From NCBI RefSeq assembly GCF_000020025.1, contig NC_010628.1, positions 390,001 to 422,000 on the forward strand: a stretch of DNA of 32,000 nucleotides, read 5' to 3'. This stretch comes from Nostoc punctiforme PCC 73102. GTDB taxonomy: Bacteria > Cyanobacteriota > Cyanobacteriia > Cyanobacteriales > Nostocaceae. Each line of letters starts with the position of its first letter. The first letter of the stretch is position 1. Positions 8,247 to 16,287 of the stretch are shown here, one piece after another. Both the position numbers and the translations under genes were made by a program. Under the pieces are notes generated by a model. That model did not search any database and was not told the DNA's origin. It saw only the letters and a program-made list of their open reading frames with translations.

Positions 8247-8687
8247 ATGTTTACTATAGTGCAGCAAGACCATCTGAAGGTTAAGAGCGAACTCAGCCTC
8301 CTAAACCAGGTGCAAGAATGGTTCGAGCAATTTTGTCTGCAACATTTGTCTCAACTTGGCTGGTCAAAAACCCAACTCGATCGCCTCAACTTAGCATTAG
8401 CAGAAGGCTTTACCAACGCTGTTCGTCATGCTCATCATGCTTTACCCCCAGAAACAACTATTGAAATTAACGTTGATCTGTGGATCGATCGACTAGAGAT
8501 TAGAATTTGGGATTATGGAAAACCTTTCAATCCTGATGCGATCGCAGAGCCAGCCCCAGGTACTCTACAAGTAGGTGGGTATGGATGGTTCCTCCTCCGG
8601 CGTTTGGCAGACCGTGTTGTATACGAACGTGGTGCAGATGGTAGAAATTGCCTTCTCATCGTCAAATACTCTGTGGAAGCACAATAA
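8247..8687 (+). CDS. RsbW/SpoIIAB-like anti-sigma regulatory kinase (single HATPase_c domain)
   Basis: The track ORF 8088..8687 starts at a TTG and has an implausible N-terminus, so I call it from ATG 8247 (MFTIVQQDHLKV...). Motifs are LALAEGFTNAVRHAH, IRIWDYGKPF and GGYGWFLLRRLADRV. Confidence 0.75.
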   Translation: MFTIVQQDHLKVKSELSLLNQVQEWFEQFCLQHLSQLGWSKTQLDRLNLALAEGFTNAVRHAHHALPPETTIEINVDLWIDRLEIRIWDYGKPFNPDAIAEPAPGTLQVGGYGWFLLRRLADRVVYERGADGRNCLLIVKYSVEAQ

Positions 8688-9030
8688 GAAAAGTGAAGTT
8701 AAGTCAGTCACTTTAGAACAGAAGTATGAGCGGAAAAGCCATCTGCGACAAGATGTCGTCATTTGATTGCTGAAAGTATACTCCTTTTTCAATATTGTTT
8801 GAATTGGAGTAATGTATTTTTTGAGTAAAATTGCTTAGTTATTATGATTTTCTTGTAAAATCTCAAAGAATATTTTTGTATAAAAACAATTAGTGAATAC
8901 AGTAAAGATAGCATTCGAGTTATATTAGCTCCCTTGTTAAGATTTGTCAGCAGTGTTGAGAGCCTGAATGTTTGTTCTCCAACAACTGCCATTTAGTCCT
9001 TAGAGAGATAGAAATAATAGGGGACAGATT

Positions 9031-10020
9031 ATGACTAAAACAGCCCTAGTTACAGGAATAACTGGTCAAGATGGCTACTATCTCAGCCATTTGCTCCTCA
9101 ACCGTGGTTATCGAGTTGTAGGATTAGTACCCCCGCATCGACAACCTAATTTGACAAAGCTGGGAACACTGGCGAATCAGGTAGAAATTTTTACGGTTGA
9201 CTTGAGGGATAGTAGGGCGCTATTGACAGCAGTTGAGCAACTACGTCCTCAAGAAATTTATAATTTGGCGGCTCCCAGTTTTGTACCCGACTCCTGGAAC
9301 GACCCATTAGGAACCCTGGATTTGATCACTGGTACAGCTACCAGACTTTTGGAAGCTGTACGACAGGTTGGTTTGTCTACCAGATTTTATCAAGCCAGCA
9401 GTTCGGAAATGTTTGGCGATGTATTTAGTTCGCCTCAAGATGAAGAAACGCCTTTTCGTCCCAAAAATCCTTATGCTGCGGCCAAGATGCACGCCCACTG
9501 GACGATGGTGCATCACAGACAGCGCTATGGATTATTTGCCTGTAGTGGAATTCTATATAACCATGAGTCTCCTCTACGCGCACCTCAGTTTGTAACCCGA
9601 AAAGTTTCTTTAGCAGCCGCATCGATTAAATTGGGTTTAACTGACACCTTAGAAATGGGTAATTTAGATGCCAAACGTGATTGGGGCTTTGCTGGAGATT
9701 ACGTAGAAGCTATGTGGCTGATGTTGCAAGTCGATGAACCAGAAGAATATGTGATTGGCACTGGTAAACTGCACAGTGTTAGAGATTTAGTTGCCACAGC
9801 TTTTGAGTCTGTCGGATTGGATTGGACGCGCTATATAGTTTTAAATACCAGTTTATTGAGACAAGATGAGCATTTTCAACTAGTAGCTGACCCCAGTAAA
9901 GCTAAAAGAAATCTTGGCTGGGAACCCCAAGTGAGCTTTGAAGAACTTTTAGAAAAAATGGTAAAAACAGATTTAGAGCGGTTACAAAGCGGTGCCATCG
10001 CGCCTTTAACCCAAGTGTAA
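9031..10020 (+). CDS. gmd: GDP-mannose 4,6-dehydratase (short-chain dehydrogenase/reductase fold)
   Basis: 329-aa ORF with ALVTGITGQDGYYLSHLLL, ASSSEMFG, YAAAKMHAHW (YxxxK), ILYNHESPLR and RDWGFAGDYVEAMW. Confidence 0.88.
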   Translation: MTKTALVTGITGQDGYYLSHLLLNRGYRVVGLVPPHRQPNLTKLGTLANQVEIFTVDLRDSRALLTAVEQLRPQEIYNLAAPSFVPDSWNDPLGTLDLITGTATRLLEAVRQVGLSTRFYQASSSEMFGDVFSSPQDEETPFRPKNPYAAAKMHAHWTMVHHRQRYGLFACSGILYNHESPLRAPQFVTRKVSLAAASIKLGLTDTLEMGNLDAKRDWGFAGDYVEAMWLMLQVDEPEEYVIGTGKLHSVRDLVATAFESVGLDWTRYIVLNTSLLRQDEHFQLVADPSKAKRNLGWEPQVSFEELLEKMVKTDLERLQSGAIAPLTQV

Positions 10021-10030
10021 ATAACCTAAT

Positions 10031-11218
10031 ATGCATATTACTAAAGTGACACAAAACCTAAAGGTAGGTGATAAAGTTAACCAAAAAACTAACCATGTCT
10101 TCGTGTTTTTAGAAATTTTTGCTCACGAAGGTGGTATTCAATCATATATAAAAGATATTTTCCGTGCCTATCTGGGATTGAGCCAAGCTTACAAGGCGGA
10201 AGTATTTTTACTGCGAGATAGCCCTGATAGGTTAAATCTGTTTGAAGACGAGAACTTAAAATTTCATTACTTTAAAAATCAGTCTCCTCATTTGGGGAGA
10301 CTGCAAATGACAGCAGCTTTACTCAAGTGTCTATTGCAAAACCGACCACAGCAAGTTTTCTGCGGTCATATTAACTTAGCAGTATTAATCCAAACTCTTT
10401 GTCAGCCCTTGGGGATTCCTTACACCGTGCTAACTTACGGTAAAGAAGTCTGGGAACCTCTAAAAAATCAAGAACGTCGCGCCCTGACATCAGCAGATAA
10501 AATTTGGACAATTAGCCGTTACAGCCGCGATCGCGCTTGTCTTGCTAATGGTATAAACCCCAAAATGGTAGAAATGATGCCTTGTGCAATTGATGGGGAT
10601 AAATTTACTCCAGGTTCCAAACAGCCAGAATTCGTTCAGAAATATCGCTTAACTGGTTCTAAGGTGTTAATGACAGTAGCACGCTTATGGTCAGGAGATA
10701 TTTACAAGGGTGTAGATGTCACAATTCGGGCGCTACCACAAATTGCTCAGGTTTTCCCACAAGTGAAATATTTAGTAATTGGTCGCGGTGATGACCAACC
10801 GCGATTAGCGCAGCTAGCAAAAGATTTAGGTGTGAGCGATCGCGTCGTCTTTGCGGGTTTTGTTGCCACCGAAGAATTAATGCAACATTACCACCTTGCT
10901 GATGCCTATATCATGCCTTCGCAAGAAGGCTTTGGCATTGTTTATCTAGAAGCAATGGCTTGTGGAGTACCTGTCTTATCCGGTGATGATGATGGCTCGG
11001 CTGACCCTTTGCAGGATGGTAAACTGGGATGGCGAGTACCACACCGCAATCCTGATGCTGTAGCAGCAGCTTGTATAGAAATGCTTCAAGGGAATGACCA
11101 ACGATGTGATGGACAGTGGCTGCGAGAACAGGCGATCGCTTTGTTTGGCATAGATGCTTTCCAACAGCACTTGCAAAAAATGCTTCTATCCTCAGTTTTC
11201 ACTCCCAATAACAAATGA
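10031..11218 (+). CDS. Glycosyltransferase, GT-B fold, family 4 type
   Basis: 395-aa ORF starting 10 nt after gmd, so probably in the same operon. C-terminal motif: YIMPSQEGFGIVYLEAMACGVPVLSGD. Confidence 0.85.
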   Translation: MHITKVTQNLKVGDKVNQKTNHVFVFLEIFAHEGGIQSYIKDIFRAYLGLSQAYKAEVFLLRDSPDRLNLFEDENLKFHYFKNQSPHLGRLQMTAALLKCLLQNRPQQVFCGHINLAVLIQTLCQPLGIPYTVLTYGKEVWEPLKNQERRALTSADKIWTISRYSRDRACLANGINPKMVEMMPCAIDGDKFTPGSKQPEFVQKYRLTGSKVLMTVARLWSGDIYKGVDVTIRALPQIAQVFPQVKYLVIGRGDDQPRLAQLAKDLGVSDRVVFAGFVATEELMQHYHLADAYIMPSQEGFGIVYLEAMACGVPVLSGDDDGSADPLQDGKLGWRVPHRNPDAVAAACIEMLQGNDQRCDGQWLREQAIALFGIDAFQQHLQKMLLSSVFTPNNK

Positions 11219-11262
11219 CTAAAATCGCTATCCTAGAAGGAGAGCAGGACCACGTTTAAAAA

Positions 11263-11634
11263 ATGAGCTTTAAGTCATTTCAATTGAATCTTTTAAATCT
11301 CCGGCCTTGGCTCACCCTGCTAGCAGTTGTTTGGTTGCTGGCATCACTGGGCTTGGGTTGGTTGGTTAATTCGTTGCTAATTATTGTCGGGTTGCTGTTT
11401 TTAGCACCCATTGTGGCTTTTTTTGGCTTTCGTTGGTGGCTGCAACGCAACTTGGTTGCTGACCAGTGTCCCGTCTGTAGATATGAATTTACGGGTTTAA
11501 ATAACAGTCAATTACAGTGTCCTAATTGTGGGGAGTCGCTTTTAGTACAAGATAGTCATTTTCAGCGCTTCACACCAGAAGGCACAATTGATGTCACTGC
11601 TGTCGAAGTTCCAGCCAAATCACTGGAAGATTAG
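11263..11634 (+). CDS. Small membrane protein with a C-terminal zinc ribbon
   Basis: 123-aa ORF with two hydrophobic segments, then CPVCRYEF...CPNCGE. It is in the same orientation as the glycosyltransferase and starts 44 nt downstream. Confidence 0.6.
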   Translation: MSFKSFQLNLLNLRPWLTLLAVVWLLASLGLGWLVNSLLIIVGLLFLAPIVAFFGFRWWLQRNLVADQCPVCRYEFTGLNNSQLQCPNCGESLLVQDSHFQRFTPEGTIDVTAVEVPAKSLED

Positions 11635-11646
11635 TCAAGGATCATT

Positions 11647-11678
11647 AGTCATTAGTAAAAGACAAATGACTAATGACT
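11647..11678. terminator. Heptamer-derived hairpin between convergent genes
   Basis: AGTCATTAGT (11647-11656) pairs with ACTAATGACT (11669-11678) around a 12-nt loop. The arms are built from CATTAGT / ACTAATG heptamers, and the right arm touches the stop codon of the minus-strand gene. Confidence 0.5.
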
Positions 11679-12108
11679 ATTTATTGTGTTGCGAGATTGA
11701 GAGACTGTAGTTATGCTGCTGCTGGGATAGTTCGCCCACATATACTGAGTATCTTCCTGCCTGCCAGTAACCAGATTGTTCTGGCTTGCCTCCAGAGTAG
11801 CTATCTGCCATTACACAAAAACGTCCCCCTGGACCGTCGATCAACAGCGTTGGCTTCCCTTGACTTTCTACTGTTAATCGTAAATAAGGTAGTGACTCTG
11901 TAACCTGAATAACTTGACTAGGTTCAGTAGTAATATTGCCACAATTACTTTTGACAGTTCCCCCAGACTTTCCGTTCAAAACCAGTGGATCTGGCTGGAA
12001 AGTCCGATTTATTTGGACATTTGGTATCTGTGCCAAATTAGCCTCAGTAAAAACCAAGCTCATCACCAAAGATATGGGAAGAATTGCAAGTAGCCGAAGC
12101 GTTTTCAT
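11677..12108 (-). CDS. Secreted hypothetical protein (signal peptide)
   Basis: 143-aa ORF. The N-terminus MKTLRLLAILPISLVMSLVFTEANLAQ is signal-peptide-like, and GGAG sits about 10 nt upstream of the ATG. I do not recognise a family motif. Confidence 0.65.
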   Translation of the reverse strand: MKTLRLLAILPISLVMSLVFTEANLAQIPNVQINRTFQPDPLVLNGKSGGTVKSNCGNITTEPSQVIQVTESLPYLRLTVESQGKPTLLIDGPGGRFCVMADSYSGGKPEQSGYWQAGRYSVYVGELSQQQHNYSLSISQHNK

Positions 12109-12174
12109 TTTAATTAATGCTCCAGATTGTTTAGAGCAATTATTGTTATACAGTCTAATTTAATTGACGGTATC

Positions 12175-12214
12175 AATTTATCTTGGTTCCAAAAGCTGTC
12201 GTATAACCTAATAC
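12175..12214 (-). promoter_or_regulatory. Candidate NtcA-type promoter for the secreted-protein gene
   Basis: GTATAACCTAATAC at 12201-12214. On the minus strand a 20-nt spacer is followed by TAAATT (12180-12175). The implied transcription start is about 60 nt upstream of the ATG at 12108. Confidence 0.3.
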
Positions 12215-12576
12215 CATTAAATTAAAAATTGTTTGTGAAGATGGGATGTAGAGATGTCGCCGAGTAAAGACTCTACATTTATCCTGCAAATTAACTCATA
12301 TATCATGATGGCTGGCGATCGCTTCTCTACTAAAATATTTAACCACCAGTAGAATAGGCATTTGCCTAAAAAGTCTTATTTTTTACATTTTAAGAATGTA
12401 AAATTACTGGGAAAATTAAATAAATTACCAGACAATAACAAAAAAACATAATTTTTACCTGTCAGAAAGGTATTGCACACACAGACATTAGCTAAAATCA
12501 CTAAGACAACCACCAAAAATAGAATTTAGTTAGTCTGTTGTCGAATAAATATGCTAACTGAGGTAGATAAAGATTT

Positions 12577-12921
12577 ATGAATCCTCAACCAGAAGAAGAC
12601 TTACAGCGTCGCCTCGATAAGTTAGAGGCAGAGATTAATTCCGCACCTGGGGCGGTTACTCAACCACAAGGACAAAAACAGATGCCTCAGCCTGTTTTTG
12701 CCAACTTGAGCTTGCAACTGGAGCGATTTAAGATTTGGTTCAACGGCTTATCTGGGACAAAAAAGCTGGTAGTTTCAGGTGTGACGGTACTAGTAGGCTT
12801 GGCGATGCTCCAAGCAGTGTTTAAACTAGTTGCATCTGTAATAACTCTGGCACTTTTAGCAGTGTTAGTGTATGTTGGATACAAATTTTTTGTGTCTAGT
12901 AGCTTTCAACGTAAGCAATAA
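12577..12921 (+). CDS. Hypothetical membrane-anchored protein
   Basis: 114-aa ORF with a charged, coiled N-terminus (EEDLQRRLDKLEAEI) and two C-terminal hydrophobic segments. Confidence 0.55.
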   Translation: MNPQPEEDLQRRLDKLEAEINSAPGAVTQPQGQKQMPQPVFANLSLQLERFKIWFNGLSGTKKLVVSGVTVLVGLAMLQAVFKLVASVITLALLAVLVYVGYKFFVSSSFQRKQ

Positions 12922-12951
12922 GTTGATATGCGATTACTTGGCAATCTGCCT

Positions 12952-13007
12952 GGAGTTATGAGAGTCAGGAGTCATAATACAAAAGGCTCCTGACTCTCAT
13001 AACTCCT
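12952..13007. terminator. Perfect 20-bp hairpin
   Basis: GGAGTTATGAGAGTCAGGAG (12952-12971) pairs with CTCCTGACTCTCATAACTCC (12988-13007) around a 16-nt loop, 30 nt after the preceding stop. No clear U-tract follows. Confidence 0.5.
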
Positions 13008-13105
13008 GAATTCTATTTCAATATGCTTTTCTTTTTGCCAATTAGCTTAGTCTATTTTAATTGTGCCGATCGCGGCGTAAAAATAATATCAAAGGGAATT
13101 ATCTG

Positions 13106-15259
13106 ATGACATCACCAATTGTGAGGAGAAGTAGTAATCAATCTGGTCAGTCAAAAGAACCGGAAAGAGCCAGTTCAATGTTGCTAGCAAGTAGGCGTTT
13201 TGCTGCTTGGGCGGCTGAAATCACACTAGTGGTTGCCAGTGGGTTGATTCCCTTCGGCATTGGTGTTTATGCCAATTCTAGAAGCGATCTTAACCGAGTA
13301 CCTCTTAACCCCGTGCTGGTAGTTACGGAAAGAGCGATCGCTAGACCCCTAGCTCTGCCTGTGAGCTATGGTATCCGTAACGTGGCATGGCCGACTAATA
13401 TTTTGTGGACAATCGCCCTGTTAGCGCCTGTAACTCTCTCATGCTGGCAATTGTACTTATTAGCTAAGACTGGTAGGACAATTCCGAAACGCTGGTTCAA
13501 GGTGCGGGTTGTCAACGAGCAAGGGAAGCCTCCCGGATTGGGAGCAGTTGTAATTCGAGAAGGAGTTGGACGTTGGACTGTACCTATTTCCATCGCCTAT
13601 CTGCTGTGGCGCTACAGCTTTGCTTTTCCGAATTTAGGATTATTCACATTTTTGTCTTTATTAATGATTGTGGGTGAAGGGATCGGCTTACCGTCGCGCC
13701 GGGGCCGTCGCGCCCTGCACGATCAACTTGCAGGCACTTATACAATAGATACGACTCGTCCCTTACCATCCTCACTCTTAGCTAACAACAGACAAGCTCA
13801 ATCTGCTGACGGTAATAATGGAGCAGAAGGGCAAGAAGAAGAATTAACGGCAGCCGAAACCAACCATTCACCCAACCTGTGGCGGCGGATACAGCAAAAT
13901 CCTAACCTGACTTTGTTTGGGGTAGGACTAACGAGTATGACGGCTGTGTTGGCAACTTTAATCGGCACTCAAGTTTATATCCAAATTCAACAATCCCAGC
14001 GAGCAACTAAGCAAATTAATAGCCAACAGTTCCTCGAACTTGTCAAACAATTAACTCCCAACTCTGGGGCGACTAATGAGCAACGCCAAAGTGCAATTCT
14101 GGCTATGGGTGGTCTTAACGATCCACAATCCATAAAATTTCTAGCGGATTTATTGGTTAGCGAAACCAACCCCAGCCTCTTGGATACCATTCAACAATCT
14201 TTGACAACTGTCGGGCCCCAAGCTATCCCCGAATTAAAAAATAAGAATCAGTTTTTGGTTAGCGAACTGGAGTCTGTGGGCAGTGCTGCAACAAAAGAGC
14301 GAGAATTGCGACAAGGGCGGCTACAAAGAAACCAGAGAACGATCAACAAAATTCTCTCTGTGTATAGCGGAAAAATGGAAGGCGTTGACCTTAGTAGCAC
14401 CCAATTAGGTCAAAGCGGTACTCCAGGAAGTTCATTCTTCAACTTGGTACTAGACAACCTTGATTTATCAGGAGTTAAGTTTAAATCTGCAAATCTTAAC
14501 CAAGCCAGCTTTAAGGGCAGCCGCTTTCGGGGTGCAGGTGAAGATGGACGCTGGGATACCTACGACGATGTAATAGCTGATTTAAGCCAAGCTCAGTTGC
14601 AGCAAGCCAATCTTACTGATGCTAACCTCAGTCGCGTCTTGATGAACCGGATCGATTTGAGCCGCGCCACTCTCAACAGAGCCAACTTATCTAACGCGCG
14701 TCTATATGACGCTAAACTCAACAGCACCCAACTAGTAGGAGCCGATCTGCGAAACGCAGTTTTGGAAAGAGCCAGCTTAACTGGGGCTGATTTAGGTGAT
14801 GCTAAATTGAACGAAGCCAATCTTTACGCTGCCCGTTTAGGTCGTGTCACTGCTATAGGAACGCAATTATCCTTTGCCAACTTAACTAACACTGATTGGC
14901 AAGGAGCAGATTTATCAGGAGCCTATTTGGATCGTGCTAATCTCAGCAATGCTAACCTGAGCGCCACTCGTTTAGCTGGTGCTGTTTTGCGTTCTGCTCA
15001 GATGGAAAACGTTAACTTACAAAATGCTGACCTAAGTCTTGCAGATTTACGGGGGGCAAATGTGGCAGGAGCAGATTTTAAGGGGGCAATTCTCGCCCCT
15101 AGCAAAGAAGATCCAGCAGATCAATTTGTCAAAACCCCGGATTTAGGCTCAGTATCTGCCGTAGTCCAAGGGGTTGATTTTTCTCAAGCCAAAAATTTAG
15201 ATTCCAAGCAACTAGCATACATTTGTACTCAAGGAGGCATTCATCCTCGTTGCCCGTAG
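13106..15259 (+). CDS. Membrane protein with an N-terminal RDD domain, HEAT-like repeats and a long C-terminal pentapeptide-repeat region (HglK-like architecture)
   Basis: The track ORF starts at TTG 13061. I prefer ATG 13106 (MTSPIV...), which has AAGGGA upstream. The protein has about 4 hydrophobic segments and RDD-type residues (RRFAAW..., KRWFKVRVV, HDQLAGTYTID). A HEAT-like segment reads AILAMGGLNDPQSIKFLADLL. About 40 A(N/D)LXX units follow (ANLSRVLMNRIDLSRATLNRANLSNARLYDAKL...). Confidence 0.85.
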   Translation: MTSPIVRRSSNQSGQSKEPERASSMLLASRRFAAWAAEITLVVASGLIPFGIGVYANSRSDLNRVPLNPVLVVTERAIARPLALPVSYGIRNVAWPTNILWTIALLAPVTLSCWQLYLLAKTGRTIPKRWFKVRVVNEQGKPPGLGAVVIREGVGRWTVPISIAYLLWRYSFAFPNLGLFTFLSLLMIVGEGIGLPSRRGRRALHDQLAGTYTIDTTRPLPSSLLANNRQAQSADGNNGAEGQEEELTAAETNHSPNLWRRIQQNPNLTLFGVGLTSMTAVLATLIGTQVYIQIQQSQRATKQINSQQFLELVKQLTPNSGATNEQRQSAILAMGGLNDPQSIKFLADLLVSETNPSLLDTIQQSLTTVGPQAIPELKNKNQFLVSELESVGSAATKERELRQGRLQRNQRTINKILSVYSGKMEGVDLSSTQLGQSGTPGSSFFNLVLDNLDLSGVKFKSANLNQASFKGSRFRGAGEDGRWDTYDDVIADLSQAQLQQANLTDANLSRVLMNRIDLSRATLNRANLSNARLYDAKLNSTQLVGADLRNAVLERASLTGADLGDAKLNEANLYAARLGRVTAIGTQLSFANLTNTDWQGADLSGAYLDRANLSNANLSATRLAGAVLRSAQMENVNLQNADLSLADLRGANVAGADFKGAILAPSKEDPADQFVKTPDLGSVSAVVQGVDFSQAKNLDSKQLAYICTQGGIHPRCP

Positions 15260-15322
15260 AATGGAAGGGGGCAGAGGGGCAGGGGAGGATGAGAGAAACA
15301 AAGGAGACAAGGGAAGAATAAT

Positions 15323-15350
15323 AATGCCCAATGCCCATTGCCCAATGCCC
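15323..15350. repeat. Four tandem heptamers (AATGCCC AATGCCC ATTGCCC AATGCCC), STRR1-like
   Basis: Read directly from the sequence. The array is preceded by a partly complementary purine-rich tract GGGGGCAGAGGGGCAGGGGAGG (15266-15287). Confidence 0.7.
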
Positions 15351-15378
15351 AATAACAAAATGGTGTGAGGAGTCGGTT

Positions 15379-15870
15379 ATGAAGTATGTTCCATATTTGG
15401 TTTCAATTTTGGGAGCTAGCTTGGTTTTGAGTCTGGCTAGTACGAAACCAGCACAAGCTCAAGTAGCTTATGGCAGTTATATAGGTATAGGCCCCACTGT
15501 TGGTTTTACTGATGGTATCCAATTCGGGGGAGTAATAGCTGGGCGCTACAAGCTTTTGGAAGCACCGCTTTCACTGCGTGCCCAAGTATTAATTGGTAAT
15601 AATACGGCAGTTGTGCCAACCGTTTCTTACGATTTTCCTCTTAACTGGCAAGCTGATGCATACCTGGGTGCTGGGTTAGTGTTGGCTGGTGGTGGTGGAT
15701 CTTCTCCTGTGGGCGACAAAATCAGTTTTGCTTTACAACCAGGAATTGATTATATGATCCCAAATAGCAATACTGTGCTTTTTGGCAACGCTATTATTGC
15801 TTTTGATGCCTACCGTGATAGCGGTGGTACAGCTATCTCTGTACAAGGTGGTGTTGGTTTAAGATTTTAA
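15379..15870 (+). CDS. Small outer-membrane beta-barrel-like protein
   Basis: The ATG at 15379 is preceded by GAGGAG; the track start at 15331 lies inside the heptamer array. It has a signal peptide MKYVPYLVSILGASLVLSLASTKPAQAQ, an alternating Gly/aromatic pattern, and a C-terminal GGVGLRF. Confidence 0.7.
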   Translation: MKYVPYLVSILGASLVLSLASTKPAQAQVAYGSYIGIGPTVGFTDGIQFGGVIAGRYKLLEAPLSLRAQVLIGNNTAVVPTVSYDFPLNWQADAYLGAGLVLAGGGGSSPVGDKISFALQPGIDYMIPNSNTVLFGNAIIAFDAYRDSGGTAISVQGGVGLRF

Positions 15871-16000
15871 TGGGCATTGGAAAGAGTCACCAAAACATTG
15901 CCGAGCAAAGAGTAACGAGTCTTGAATGGAAATTCTTACTTATTGTTTTCCCAGCATTATCAAGGTGTTTGAAATGGTGACTATGGTTCAAAAAATAACT

Positions 16001-16033
16001 AACCCCCAGTAGTCGTACTGGGGGTTTTGTTTT
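16001..16033 (+). terminator. Rho-independent terminator
   Basis: AACCCCCAGTA (16001-16011), loop GTCG, then TACTGGGGGTT (16016-16026), running into TTTTGTTTT. Confidence 0.8.
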
Positions 16034-16287
16034 GGGCGATCGCTCGACATTGCGGATTTGCTCAAGGGAAGCAATCGCTTTTGTGATTTGGAGCTAAGTC
16101 AAGAATACCGAAGACTTCAAACGATTACTAAACCTATAAAGTAATTAAAGTTTGATGATTGTATACTATTAAGGCTAATCCTATAAACTTTAATACGATA
16201 AAAGTATTAATTCTGCTCAATTTTAATTGCAATAAAGGTCTTAGTTAACTAATAGCCAGAACTTCAACCTAATTATTTTTAACTGAC

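Noticed and set aside
9031-9042. Identical first 12 nt (ATGACTAAAACA) in gmd and proB (22912-22923)
   Set aside because: This is a short match containing the common AATGACT heptamer, most likely coincidence. No extended similarity follows.
11673-12163. Plus-strand ORFs 11673..11903 and 11936..12163
   Set aside because: They are antisense to the 143-aa secreted-protein gene, which has a signal peptide and Shine-Dalgarno. The plus-strand ORFs have neither.
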